Assembly (NCBI RefSeq): GCF_006345805.1
Contig: NC_043000.1
Coordinates: 131,998,001 to 132,062,000, forward strand
From: Octopus sinensis
Taxonomy: Eukaryota
DNA: 64,000 nt
Reading direction: 5' to 3'
Positions within the stretch are counted from its first letter, which is position 1; the number at the start of each line of letters is the position of its first letter. The translations under genes and the position numbers were made by a program. The notes beneath the pieces are model-generated. The model was given only the letters and a program-made list of their open reading frames with translations, was not told the origin of the DNA and did no database searches. Shown here in pieces: positions 42,306-55,286 of the stretch.

Positions 42306-42539
42306 GAAAAGATATTTTTATTTATTTCTAATTTCAAAATTTTCAGAAAAATATCTTCCTAATGAATTCCACTCTAGATATTTAAAAGTCTTTTACCATC
42401 CAGTAGTTATATAGATAGGTTTTTTAGAGTAAACTAAATTTCCTAAGCTGTACCAATTTTTTCTCTTTTGACCCATTCCTAGTAAGACAACTGCAGGAGA
42501 ACTACAAGGTGGTGCTGAAAACACTAGACACACAAAAGG

Positions 42540-42870
42540 TATCATGATATCAAAGGCAAGTAAACAGAGAAAACAGACATTTTATGTTAGATGTGCAGAA
42601 GGAATGGAAATAAATGTTCTCAAATGCTCAGGAGAATCCTAAGAGACAGTAGATAGCTTCTGTTACCTAGGTGACCTAATTAGCAGTGGTGCAGATGTTC
42701 TGAAAGTATAATAAACAAAGTAAAAACAGGGTAAAGAAAGTTTAGGGAGCTACTACCTCTGTTGATAACAAAAGGTTTCTCTCTCAGAGTGAAAGGCAGA
42801 CTGTATGATGCTTGTAAAGGAACTATAATGCTACATAGTAGTGAAATGTGGTCCCTGAATGCTGAAGTAT
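42540..42870 (+). mobile_element. Degraded RTE RT fragment
   Basis: VDSFCYLGD...LPLLITKGFSLRVKGRLYDAC...MLHSSEMW, homologous to the 49990-50250 region. Confidence 0.8.
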
Positions 42871-43627
42871 TCATATTTAACTATTATAATGATATACCAG
42901 TTATATATTTAGTTTTCAGTTCCTGGTTAATTGTTTTGTGGATATTTTTTTTTAATTCAGGGAAAGAACATAATGTATTTTTCAAAGATAGAAAAAGCAG
43001 ACAATTATAAAGAAATAAAAATAAAATAACAACCAATTATTTATATTAGATAACAACATATTCATATATCTTATTTCTTTTATTGACATCTATAAAAATT
43101 ATACAATTTTGATACAATTAAGTATATTTTTACATAATAGCTCCAGACAATGATGTTTTCACAAAGCGTTTCAAATGTTCAGTTTCATAATTTACTTCCC
43201 TCATTTTAGACAAAAAGAAAAAAGCTTGATTGATTTAAAGAAATTTACAGACTCTAAAATAATATCTGTCTATTTATGGCAATATAAACAGCAACAACAA
43301 TGACAACAATGAGAACGATAATAAAACATAAAATATTACAGTTTGTGAGTTCACATATAAGTTTGTATGGCAGTTTGTATAAAGGCGGGAAAGAGAGGAA
43401 TCTGATGTTTTAAGAATGATCCTTTGTTTGAAACAGAAATAAAAATGTCTAATTCTTTAAAATGATAAGTCAGTCCGAAATATCAAATTCCTCTTTTCCA
43501 CTCAGCATACAAACTTATCAAAATTCTCAAATCTCTGTGTAACTTTTGTGGATGCAGGTCACTACCACCCTCCCAAGACGTTTTTTTTTTTACTTTTATT
43601 TCATTTTATTTATTACAATGATGAAGT

Positions 43628-43713
43628 TTAATCATATTCAGATCCAATTGTAATGCTCAGGTCAGATCCAACATTCTTGGTGCTATGGAACCAAATATTT
43701 GTGTCCAAAACAA
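43628..43713 (-). CDS. JmjC/cupin-like protein, terminal exon (IVLDTNIWFHSTKNVGSDLSITIGSEYD*)
   Basis: ctctttcag|TT completes the phase-1 codon; WFH supplies the distal His; TAA at 43630-43628. Confidence 0.88.
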
Positions 43714-44069
43714 CTGAAAGAGATAGCAGAAGGAAGCAGTTGATAAAAACCCAAATGAAAATCATCAATATGATTGAAACTAATTAGTTGATGATATTTA
43801 TGATATCCTTCTAGAATTTCAATTTAAATTACACAAAGAAATAATGAAGCCATTGATTTTTAGCCAGCAATCTTGAAAATCCTACAAAAGAATTGAGGCC
43901 ATTGCCCTGTACTCCATTGATAACCCATAGAAATGTTTTGATCAAATTTAATTTATAAAAATATCTAAATATGTAGAAGCACACACACGCATGTACACCA
44001 TACACATGTGCATGCATGTGCACACACATGCACACATACACACACACACACATACACACACACATACAC

Positions 44070-44369
44070 ATTCTGGAAGGATAACAGAAAAGGTGTAAGT
44101 GAAGTAGGCATTTTTGGCAAGAAAATGGGTAGGCAAAGTAACTGAAGTAGTTAGAGTATGTAGTAAGTAGAATAATTAAATTAAGGACAGTCTACAATAA
44201 CATGACAGAAACATTTATCGCTACATATGCACCATAATCAGTATTGGTAGATGAACAGAAGAATAGTTTTCACGAGGCACTCCTGCAGACTACCTCAATA
44301 AGAAATAGCACTGAGCTCATGATCATAGCTGGTGAAGTTGATGAACATGCTCAGAAATTTGATGATGGC

Positions 44370-44372
<3 letters not shown>
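44070..44372 (+). mobile_element. RTE AP-endonuclease fragment
   Basis: IATYAP*...KNSFHEALL...ELMIIAGEVDEH resembles the AYAP / IIxGDxNxH motifs of EEP endonucleases. Confidence 0.65.
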
Positions 44373-44455
<83 letters not shown>

Positions 44456-45724
44456 TATACACATATATACGACAGTCTTCTTTCAGTCTCCATGTACAAA
44501 ATCCACTCAGAACGCTTTGGTTGGCCTGAGGCTAGAGTATAAATATGTATATATATAGGGCAAGAAGAAAATGGAGGGAATACAGAAATAATATACATGA
44601 ACTGTCAGACATTAGTGAAAGAATAAAAGTGAAACTGTGGTATCACATTACAATATAGATGTTATTGTTTCACTTTTGACATGTAATACAGAACCAGCAT
44701 AAGACATTGCTCCAGGTCCACATTAGGCAATTTTTTTGGCCCATGACACTCCACTTTCTGTATATCGATATGAGTGTATGCATATTAATGTAATTAAAAA
44801 ATTTTTAATCGCTAATGAATGTATTGGTAACCTACAACAGCTTAATGAAACAGCATAACTGTATATAAAACAACACAAGATAAGAAATGCACTTTGAGTT
44901 TTAACGCATGTCAGAAGACTATAAACTATATAACTGATGTACCTTGGTATATGATTGAACCTGAAGATATCTTCCTTAGGAATATGTAATTGAGGAACAT
45001 ATTTGCAGATAATTAAAATACCCTAATTAATTGGATAATGCTCTCTGGATAAATATTACAATTTTATCAAGTAGATTTAGAATTGAGATTAATATAATAA
45101 ATGTATCATCAATAATGATCAGTGTGTATACAAGAAATAGATACACAGAGTGAATTAGGAATTTTTAAGAACCACAAAAGTCCTTCTGATGTACAACAAT
45201 AATACAAATATGAATACAAAAAGCACATTCAAGGAAACAAACAGGAAGACTTGTAAATAAAAAGAGGTAAATTAGAAAGAAAAGCCACACTAAGAAACTA
45301 TTGATAAATTAAGAACAAGGATTGTGAGCAAGCAGTATACTTTAAGACAAAGTAATATGTTTAAGAATAGTATTGAAGTTAGCGAGGTAAGGTTAATATC
45401 CCATGGCTGTCAAACTAATGATTAATATAAATATATAAAGTGAGATAAAAAAGGTATAAGCCAGGGCAGATGATGGATCACCATTATCTTAAATTTAATC
45501 TAAGATGTGGTGCAGAATGAAGGGAGAAAAAATATATAATAAGTATTACGATATAGTTAATTAAACCACCTTTAGTGTGAATTTTATCCTCTCTGTTATC
45601 TTTGTATATTGCTCTGAAGTGATAATGTTGAAATGAATATTAGTTTTATCTTTTCAATGTCTGTTCCTGCATTAGCAAAACACATGGAGTGAGAAAGGAG
45701 TTTGACCTCTTCAGTCAAATCTAA

Positions 45725-46658
<934 letters not shown>

Positions 46659-47149
46659 ACCTTTTTTTTCATTCTTTCTTCTTTGGCCTACAGTGATGAC
46701 TCACAAATAAAGTCCAGGGTTTTCTATTTTTTCTTTTTCTCTTTTTCTTTGGTTTGCTGTGACTATTCACAAGTAACAAAATGAAACATTTTGATTGGTC
46801 CAAAATCATAAATGTCTTTAATTAAAACATCGGACCACATACGCATGAAGATGGAGGCAAACTCAGAATTCATAGATATTATGAATAATCTTTAATAATA
46901 TCTTATGAATATGAAAGGGTCCTCATGAATGAATATGTAAGATGCTGAAACATATGTCATAATACATTCATAAAGCCTACAAATTTCCATCTGCAAGACA
47001 TTATCGTTATCATTATATTAATCCTAGGCTGAAAGGAGTTCTACATAGGATTAACCAAGAACAAAAAGTACAGGAGCTTTCAAGAGCATGTTCTAAAGCA
47101 TTTGACCAAAACAAATTAAATGTATGCATGCATGTATTTATACATTCTT

Positions 47150-47402
47150 TTATTCTTTTATTTGTTTCAGTCATTTGGGTGTGTCTATGCTGGAGCACCA
47201 TCTTTAGTCAAACAAATCAACCCCAGGACTTATTCTTTGTAAGCGTAGTACTAACTCTATCAGTCTCTTTTGCCGAACCGCTAAGTTACGGGGATGTAAA
47301 CACACCAACATCAGTTGTCAAGCGATGGTGGGGGGACAAACACACAGTTATATTTCATTTCATCTAGTTTCAGCTCACGAGCTGTGGCATGCTGGGGCAC
47401 CA

Positions 47403-47445
<43 letters not shown>

Positions 47446-47605
47446 ACAGGCTTCTTTCAGTTTCCGTCTACCAAATCCACTCACAAGGCTTTGGTCAGCC
47501 TGAGCCTACAGTAAAAGACACTTGCCCAAGGTGCCACACAGTCGGACTAAACCCAGAACCATGTGGTTGATAAGTGAGCTACTTACCACACAGCCATTCC
47601 TGCAT
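47150..47605 (-). mobile_element. SINE family A
   Basis: Head, core, (TA)n and 3' body in reverse orientation. Confidence 0.75.
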
Positions 47606-47632
47606 CTATATATATATGTATATATATATTCC

Positions 47633-47900
47633 AGTATTGGGCCTCACGGAGGCAATGACTGAGACCTTTGGCATTTTGTCATGCTTGATAAGACCCATCA
47701 AGCCAAACAAAATCACAATCATGGCAAATATTGCTATCACACAAATTGGCACCCATGCTGGTGGCACATAAAAGCACCCATTACACTCTCAGAGTGGTTG
47801 GTGTTAGGAAGGGCATCCAGCTGTAGAAAACCATGCCAAATCAGACTGGAATCTGGTGCAGCTTTCTAGCATGCCAGCCCAGTCAAACTGCCCAACCCAT
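47633..47900 (+). mobile_element. RTE 3' fragment
   Basis: LGLTEAMT followed by 3' UTR homologous to 49160-49600. Confidence 0.7.
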
Positions 47901-47901
47901 A

Positions 47902-48111
47902 CCAGTTTCTGGCTTCGGGTGAAAGAAAATACAGGAGGATCAGTTAATTATGATTTTATCCAATGTATTCCACTCTCAGATTCACACACTTATTGCAGCA
48001 GTCCTTCAGTTTTCCAAAGCTTTTTTCTAAAACTGCAAAAGAACTCAGCAGGTTGGGTCTCCAATCAGGTCTTTTGCAGTACCTTTAAAGCCAAGAATTT
48101 TCCAGCACTCA

Positions 48112-48114
<3 letters not shown>
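47902..48114. mobile_element. Second copy of the mariner-derived MITE
   Basis: Colinear with 58072-58280. Confidence 0.7.
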
Positions 48115-48153
<39 letters not shown>

Positions 48154-48419
48154 GGAGTAAACACATAAATGTGAAACAAGGTGGAAAAAAAGAGTACTCA
48201 AATACCAGTGGTAGAGTAATATGCTTTAAATAAAGTATATATATATATATATATATTATTATTATTACTATTATTATTTTCTGCCGCTGTCAACTTCGCC
48301 TTTCATCCTTTTGGGGTTGATAAATTAAGAACCAGCTGAATACTGGGATTGATGTAATCAACTAGTCTCCTCTCACCAAAATTTGAGGCCTTATTCCTCC
48401 GGTAGCAAAGATTGTTATT

Positions 48420-48885
48420 TTAAATGCCAGGTTCTAACCCAGGCTGCAGCAACAAATTCCACCCACCACACTTCTCGGGCCATCATCACTGTCTCTAGCT
48501 CCTGGATACATTAGTGCCTGCAATCAAGTTATCAGTATAAGGGTGATGACATTTTCTTCTTACATCACCATGAAGTGGGTTCCACAAGACTAATTTAGAT
48601 GTTTCCAGCTCAGAGTGGCGCATGCAGCGATCAGATAGTCACACCCATCTTTATCTGATCTTCTTGCAAACTTTTGGCAAGTCTCCATGAAAGCATTTGT
48701 TTGTCATGTGTTGCTGCCATTTCATATTTGAGGCCGTTTGTAGCATCTTTGAGTAGCATCCATTTAGACCATTTGATAATTTCTTTGTCAGTATCCATGT
48801 TTCATTGTCATATAATAGCTCTGATTCAACAGTTGCAATAAACAGCTTGATTTTGGTTTGCCTGGGCAATAATGCACATATGTGT
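48420..48885 (-). mobile_element. RTE-like LINE fragment (different family)
   Basis: KIKLFIATVESELLYDNETWILTKKL...GCYSKMLQ...WQQHMTN matches RTE RT C-terminal motifs. Confidence 0.7.
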
Positions 48886-49159
48886 ATGTACACTCTTTAC
48901 TCTTTTACTTGTTTCAGTCATTTGACGGTGGCCATGCTGGAGCACCACCTTTAGTCGAGCAAATCGACTCCAGGACTTATGCTTTGTAAGCCTAGTACTT
49001 ATTCTATCGGTCTCTTTGCCGAACTGCTTAGTTACGGGATAGTAAACACACCAGCATCGGTTGTCAAGCGATGTTGGGGTGAGAGGCAAACACAGATGCA
49101 CAAACATATACACACACGCATATATATATACATACACACACACATATATATATATATAT

Positions 49160-50458
49160 ATCATCATCATTTAGCGTCTGCTTTCCATGCTAGCATGGGT
49201 TGGACGGTTCAACTGGGGTCTGTGAAGCCAGAAGGCTGCATCAGGCCCAGTCTGATCTGGCAGTGTTTCTATGGCTGGATGCCCTACCTAACGCCAACCA
49301 CTCCGTGAGTGTAGTGGGTGCTTTTTACGTGCCACGAACGGATGGTGCTTTTTATGTGCCACCGGCCCGAGGCCAGTCGTGGCGGCTGGCAACGGCCACA
49401 TTCGGATGGTTCTCTTACGTGCCACCGGCACTGGTAACTCAGCTGCAATTTCCATTGATCAATTTCGATTCTGATTCTAACTTGCCTCAACAGGTCTTCA
49501 CAAGTAGAGTTTTGTGTCCCAAGAAGGGAAGGTATGCATAAGTGGGCTGGCTACATCCCATGTAGAAGGCCACGGGTTATGGTCTCACTTGTCCTGCCGG
49601 GTCTTCTCGCGCACAGCATACTTCCAGAGGTCTCGGTCTCTAGCCATTCCCTCAGTGAGACCTAAAGTTCGAAGGTCATGCTTCACCACCTCGTCCCAGG
49701 TTTTCCTGGGTCTGCCTCTTCCACAGGTTCCCTCAACCGCTAGGGTGTGGCACTTTTTCACACAACTATCTTCATCCATTCTCGCCACATGCCCATACCA
49801 GCGCAAACGTCTCTCTTGCACACCACATCTGATGCTTCTTAGGTCCAGCTTTTCTCTCAAGGTACTTACACTCTGTCGAGTATGAGTACTGACATTACAC
49901 ATCCATCGGAGCATACTGGTTTCATTTCTTGCGAGCTTACGCATATCCTCAGCAGTCACGGCCCATGTTTCACTGCCATGTAGCATGGCTGTTCATACAC
50001 ACACGTCATACAGTCTGCCTTTTACTCTGAGCGAGAGGCCTTTTGTCACCAGCAGAGGTAAGAGCTCTCTGAACTTTGCCCAAGCTATTCTTACTCTAGC
50101 AGTTACACTTTCAGCACACCCTTGGTCACCTAGATAACGGAAGCTATCAACTATTTCTAGTTTTTCTCCCTGGAAAGTGACAGAAGTTGGTCTCAGAGCA
50201 TTTTCAGTGTTTATTGTTCCTGAGCATCTGCCACATACAAAAACCATCTTCCTAGTTAGCCTTCCTTTGACATTGCTGCACCTCTTATGTGTCCATAGCT
50301 TACACTTGATGCATCTTATAGAGTTTCTACCTACACCTTTTCTACAGATCGAGCAGGACCATCTACCTGAAGGCGTTTGTGATTTGTCTACCTTCCTACT
50401 TATTTGTTTGTGATTTGTCTACCTTCCTACTTATTTGTTTGTGATTTGTCTACCTTCC

Positions 50459-50462
<4 letters not shown>
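49160..50462 (-). mobile_element. 5'-truncated RTE-clade LINE (PHD-like finger, RT C-terminus, 3' UTR, (TGA)n tail)
   Basis: Translations EIVDSFRYLG, MLHGSETW, RRLRWYGHVARM and GRGRPRKTW are RTE ORF hallmarks. A frame break near 49990 indicates inactivation. Confidence 0.9.
50376..50462. repeat. 31-bp unit x about 3
   Basis: GATTTGTCTACCTTCCTACT starts at 50381, 50412 and 50443. Confidence 0.95.
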
Positions 50463-50515
<53 letters not shown>

Positions 50516-51509
50516 TACGACAGGCTTCTTTCAGTTTCTGTCAACCAAATCCACTCACAAGGCTTTGGTCAGCCCAAGGCTATAGTAAATGACACTTGCC
50601 CAAGGTGCCACGCAGTGGGACTGAACCCAGAACCATGTGGTTTGTAAGCAAGTTACTTACCACACAGCCACTCCTATGCCATGCACACATATACTACATA
50701 TATGTATACACACACACATTTAGATATATCCATAGATGGATACAATGAGGTGCAGTTTGAATGGTCCTTTATTCTACCATCCATCATGTTCCTTCACCAT
50801 GCTATCCACTATGGTTCCTTCTCTCTCATAAGTACAGCCATAGACATTTGGTTAAAAAGTGTGGTTTGCAAGTACATGATTCCAAGTTTGGTCACAAAGT
50901 ATGAATCTGGGATAAGTGTCTTCTACTGTAGCCTTTGGCTGATCAATAAGTGGAATTTGATTGACGGCAGATGTAAATGTGAATTTTTTATTACCCACAA
51001 GGAGCTCTACAAAGAATGGGACAAATACAAGATGTGACAAACATAAACTCGGAGAACTACAAAAAGAAGATGAAATAAGAAGAAAAAATTAAAAGAAATG
51101 AATGATAATATGTAAGTGCATAAATGAGGCACAATGCCCACTTGACCCCCGAAGTCGAGTGGCTACATTTCGGCAGTTTTTCTCTTTTTCATAAAATGAA
51201 TTTCTATTTCAATAGTCTTTTTTTTTCTCCACAAAATTACATTAGAATTTTCCTTCTCAGTTTTTCAAAATCGATTACAGGAGGTGGAATGTCATGCAAT
51301 GAACACCATTTCACCATTTTTACATACTTAGCAAATCCATCCATGAATCTTTCATATCTCTCCCTAGATATCATAACACCTCTATCATCTGCATCAAAAC
51401 TGTTCCCTGATAGCTTCACTCTCACCAGTCCCTTCCATTTTGCGATTTTTCTTTCTTTACAGTAGATGTATATGTGTGAGTGTATGTGTGTGTGCATGTG
51501 TGTGTTGTG

Positions 51510-51740
51510 GAGGCATGTAGCTTAGTGGTTAGGGTATTGAACTAATGATCATAAGATTGTGGTTTCAATTCCTGGACCAGGAGATACATTGTGTTCTTGA
51601 GCAAAACACTTCATTTCATGTTGCTCCAGTCCACTCAGCTGGCAAAAATGAGTAATCCTGCAATGGAACTGGTGTCCCATCCAGGTGGGGAATTTATAAG
51701 GCATGGAAACCAGCCCTTATGAGTTGGCAAGACTCTAGAA
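51510..51740 (+). mobile_element. SINE family B copy
   Basis: Shares TTCAATTCCTGGACC...TTCTTGAGCAA...GTTGCTCCAGT.CACTCAGCTG with 7630-7950. Confidence 0.65.
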
Positions 51741-52156
51741 GGTAACTTTATCTTTACCTGTATGTGTGTGTGTGTGTGTGTTTGTGTGTGTACATGTGTG
51801 CGTTCGTGTGTGTGCATGTGCACACATGTATGAGTGTGTGTGTGTGTATGTGCACATGTGTATGTGTGTGTGTACATATGCATGTGTGTGCATGTGCATG
51901 TGTGTGTGTTTGTGTGTGTGCACATGTGTGTATGTGCGTGTGTGGCCATGTCTCTATTTATGTTGTGTTCCTTTAAGGTAAGAGTCATAAAGTAAGAAAG
52001 AGACTTAAATGAGCCCCGGGATTGATATAACCAGCTAAGACCCTTGAAAGTAGTGCCCTCTCCCCATGGCGTCAATCCAATAACAGAAACAAGTAAAAGA
52101 GTACACTTACTTATGTACATGCACATACACATACATATGAACATACATACATACAT

Positions 52157-52187
<31 letters not shown>

Positions 52188-52282
52188 TACACACACATAC
52201 ATACATATTTACATACATACATATATACATATTTACATACATACATGCATATTTAGATACATACATATATACATTGTTACAT

Positions 52283-52612
52283 TTTTTTTTTTTTTATGGC
52301 TGCCCGCTCGTTATCGAGTATGGCCATTGCACGAAGCTTAACTGTTACTGGTGCTGTGATCGAATGTGACTTTTTAGCCCAGCTAAAGATCTACAATGTC
52401 TTGTACAAAATTGGCAACTAAGACCTTTACTGGTAATAGCCGGCTGTAGTTGTAACTGGGCTTCGTGTACCTTTGCATGTCGTTTAAGTCCTCCTGCCGA
52501 ATTACACTCTCTTCCACATGCCCGACAGATATGATTAGTATGGTGTGTTACACCACCACCAGTGGCCAGGTTGTCACTCATCTGTCTCGTTTTATGACTA
52601 CGAAGATGACTC
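52283..52612 (-). mobile_element. Retrotransposed fragment encoding C2H2 fingers, with poly(A) and 14-bp TSD
   Basis: ATACATTGTTACAT at 52269-52282 and 52613-52626; poly-T on +; ORF with CRACGRECNSAGGLKRHAKVH and CQFCTRHCRSLAGLKSHIRSQH. Confidence 0.8.
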
Positions 52613-52799
52613 ATACATTGTTACATACATACATATATACATATTTACATACATATGTACATACATCTATATGCTTAGACCCTGTCACATATGCATACAA
52701 CCAATGGATTTTAAAGAGACGATAACCACAAGATAGTGATGTGTGGGTGGCTGCTGTGCTGCAGACACTTCCAATCCATGGAAGCAGGAGAAAAACTAG

Positions 52800-53140
52800 A
52801 CATGATGATGATGATGAGGAGGAGGAGGAGGAGGAGGACAATGACACTGCTGCCACTGCAGACAATGATGATGATGATAAGGATGAGTAGGCGGAAGAGG
52901 ATAAACAGGAGGAAGAGGAAGTAGAAGAGGAGGAGGAATAAGAGGAGGATGCTGATGGTAGTAGTGGTGGTGAGGATGAAAACACAGATGCTGCTGTTAC
53001 TGCTGCTGCTGATGCTGATGATGATAATGATGATGATGGTGGTTTTGGTGGTCACATTGGTGGTGGTGGTGGTGGTGGTGATGATGATGGTAATGATGGT
53101 AGTGGTATTGGTGGTAGCAGCAGTGGTGATGATGATTGTT
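52800..53140. repeat. Cryptic trinucleotide (GAT/GAG/GGT) low-complexity tract; similar tract at 60715-60960
   Basis: Directly visible; yields homopolymeric spurious ORFs. Confidence 0.9.
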
Positions 53141-53352
53141 TTGTTTTTTAATCAGATGAAGAAAGGGAATCACTAAAGCCTTTTTTCTTCCTTTTCTTTT
53201 TCTTTGGTGCATGACTTCCTTGGCTAACAGAGAAAAGGGAGACAGAAACTACAATTCACAAATTATCCTCAGAACAGAGATCTGCTCTTAATGCTTGCAA
53301 TAGGATGAACTCTACAAGAGCCACCCAAGAGCTAATCTTGGTGACAGATTAA

Positions 53353-53807
53353 CCCTTTAGCATTTACTCCAGCCATATCCAGCCCAAATATTCTACATGT
53401 TTTAGGTTCAAACTAATCAGATTCTACCTCTCACACCTTCCCTACAATATAACTAGCAAGCACCTTTCCACAGCAGCTGAACTCCTCATCTACCATTCCT
53501 TTACTGCTTCCTTTCTCATCGTCCATTTCCGGTCCAATTTCGTTTTTTTCCATATCTATTTGATCCTTTATTCTTCCCCCATGGTCTGGGATCATGGGGG
53601 CATGATTTCCCAAGCTTTTTCATTGCAATTTTAACCCAGATCGGGTTGCAAGCCCATTTGATCCTTCGTTACGCTGTCGTACTGTCATTTTGAAAATATA
53701 CAATCACATCATTGAAATCTCTATGCTACAAGATGATAAATGATCAGTTGAAAATGACATGACTAAATGAACATTACATTTGACAGAGCCATGTGAATGC
53801 CAAAGGG
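53353..53807. mobile_element. TTAA-flanked MITE (piggyBac-like)
   Basis: TTAA-CCCTTTAGCATT ... AATGCCAAAGGG-TTAA. Confidence 0.7.
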
Positions 53808-55104
53808 TTAAATCTGTCATCAAACTCCAAACACAATTCATTTGATGAGCTTCTGCAACATTTCCCTCTGCCCCATTTTATTCAAAAGGTATCCAAAATA
53901 ATAGTAGAAGAAACTTGCCCAAGGTTCCACATAGAGGAATTGAACATTGGACATGCTATATCATGAAGCAAACTTCTTAACCACACAGCCATGCATGTAC
54001 CCACAAATTCCGATGATATGAGCATCAGTGATGATGATGATGATGATGATGATGGTAGAAATGGCAATAATGAAGATAATTACAATTACGATGACTACAA
54101 CTTTCAACCATACACTTACGGATACACACATAAATTCAAAACCAAAAACATCCACACATTCATAAACATACCGATATACTTACAAAGTAAGGCTGTTAAT
54201 AATTTGGATTGAAAATAGCAGCAAGTTTGTAAATGGTTTTTGACACATTAGTAAGAAAGATATTTAGATACAACACATTTAGATAAATTTGTCCATTAGT
54301 AAAAACAGAAATTTGTCATTATATAGAATGTTATGATATTAAAAAGAAAATGGAAATAGCATTACTAAAGATAAAAAAAATTAATATTTTCTGTCTCCTA
54401 TATATGCATGCAAGTGTGTGGGTGTATATGTCTGTATGGATACACACACACACATGTATATCATAGATATTTATTATGAATATATTATTGCATATATTTA
54501 GATTATATTAAAACTTTGTGGACTAGAAATCATTAATGTTTTTGTCAAAAAGAAAAGACAAAATATGAATTTTAATGGAGGACATTTGAATTGAATTGAT
54601 CTCAACACAATCTTATTCATGCTTAATGGGTAATTCACAAATCGCCTGTTTAAGATAAGCATGTCTTGGTGGAAGTCTCCAAAATACTTTGTTTCTTTTT
54701 AGTATTCTTCAGACAAAAGCTAAATTCACTGAAGTGAAAAGTGATAGAAAGGAGCACACTGAGTGACAATGTTAGGTTACACTATATTACATTAAACTGT
54801 ATTGTATTTCATTCTGTTCAGCTTTCAGTAAAAAATAATGTGATGCAAGTGAATCACTTTGGGGGGTCTGGGATATAATATGAAATAAAATGGATGGATA
54901 ATAAGATTTAGGTTCATTAAGATTTTCAGAGATTTCATTTCGTGCTGAAATGGTTCCATTAATACCGATGGATTGGTTTGCTGTATTGGTTTTCCTATTT
55001 CAAAAGATAGATTAGGACAGGAGGCCATGATGTCTAGTTATTGTGGTCACTGTTCAATTTTCAGCTTCAGTAGGCATGAATTACAGCTTGAGAGCAGTGG
55101 TAAG

Positions 55105-55235
55105 GGGAGGACAGAGAACAAGAGAGAGGGAGAGCAAAGAGAGGCAGTGAACACAAGAGATAGAAGCAGAGAACAAGAGAGAGGGAGAGCAAGAGAGAGG
55201 CAGTAAAAATAAGAGAGAAACAGAGCAAAAGATAG

Positions 55236-55286
<51 letters not shown>

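Larger units (their letters stand above)
48893..50680 (-). mobile_element. SINE family A split by a nested RTE insertion
   Basis: 3' half at 48893-49160, head at 50463-50680, RTE sequence between the two microsatellite halves. Confidence 0.8.

Noticed and set aside
52611-53212. Poly-Ser/His/Met/Arg ORFs (also 60686-61066)
   Set aside because: Trinucleotide low-complexity DNA open in several frames on both strands, with no splice support.
54790-54995. About 68-codon minus-strand open frame after an AG (KTNTANQSIG...)
   Set aside because: No donor site, no recognisable motif, and it is not needed for the JmjC-like frame.
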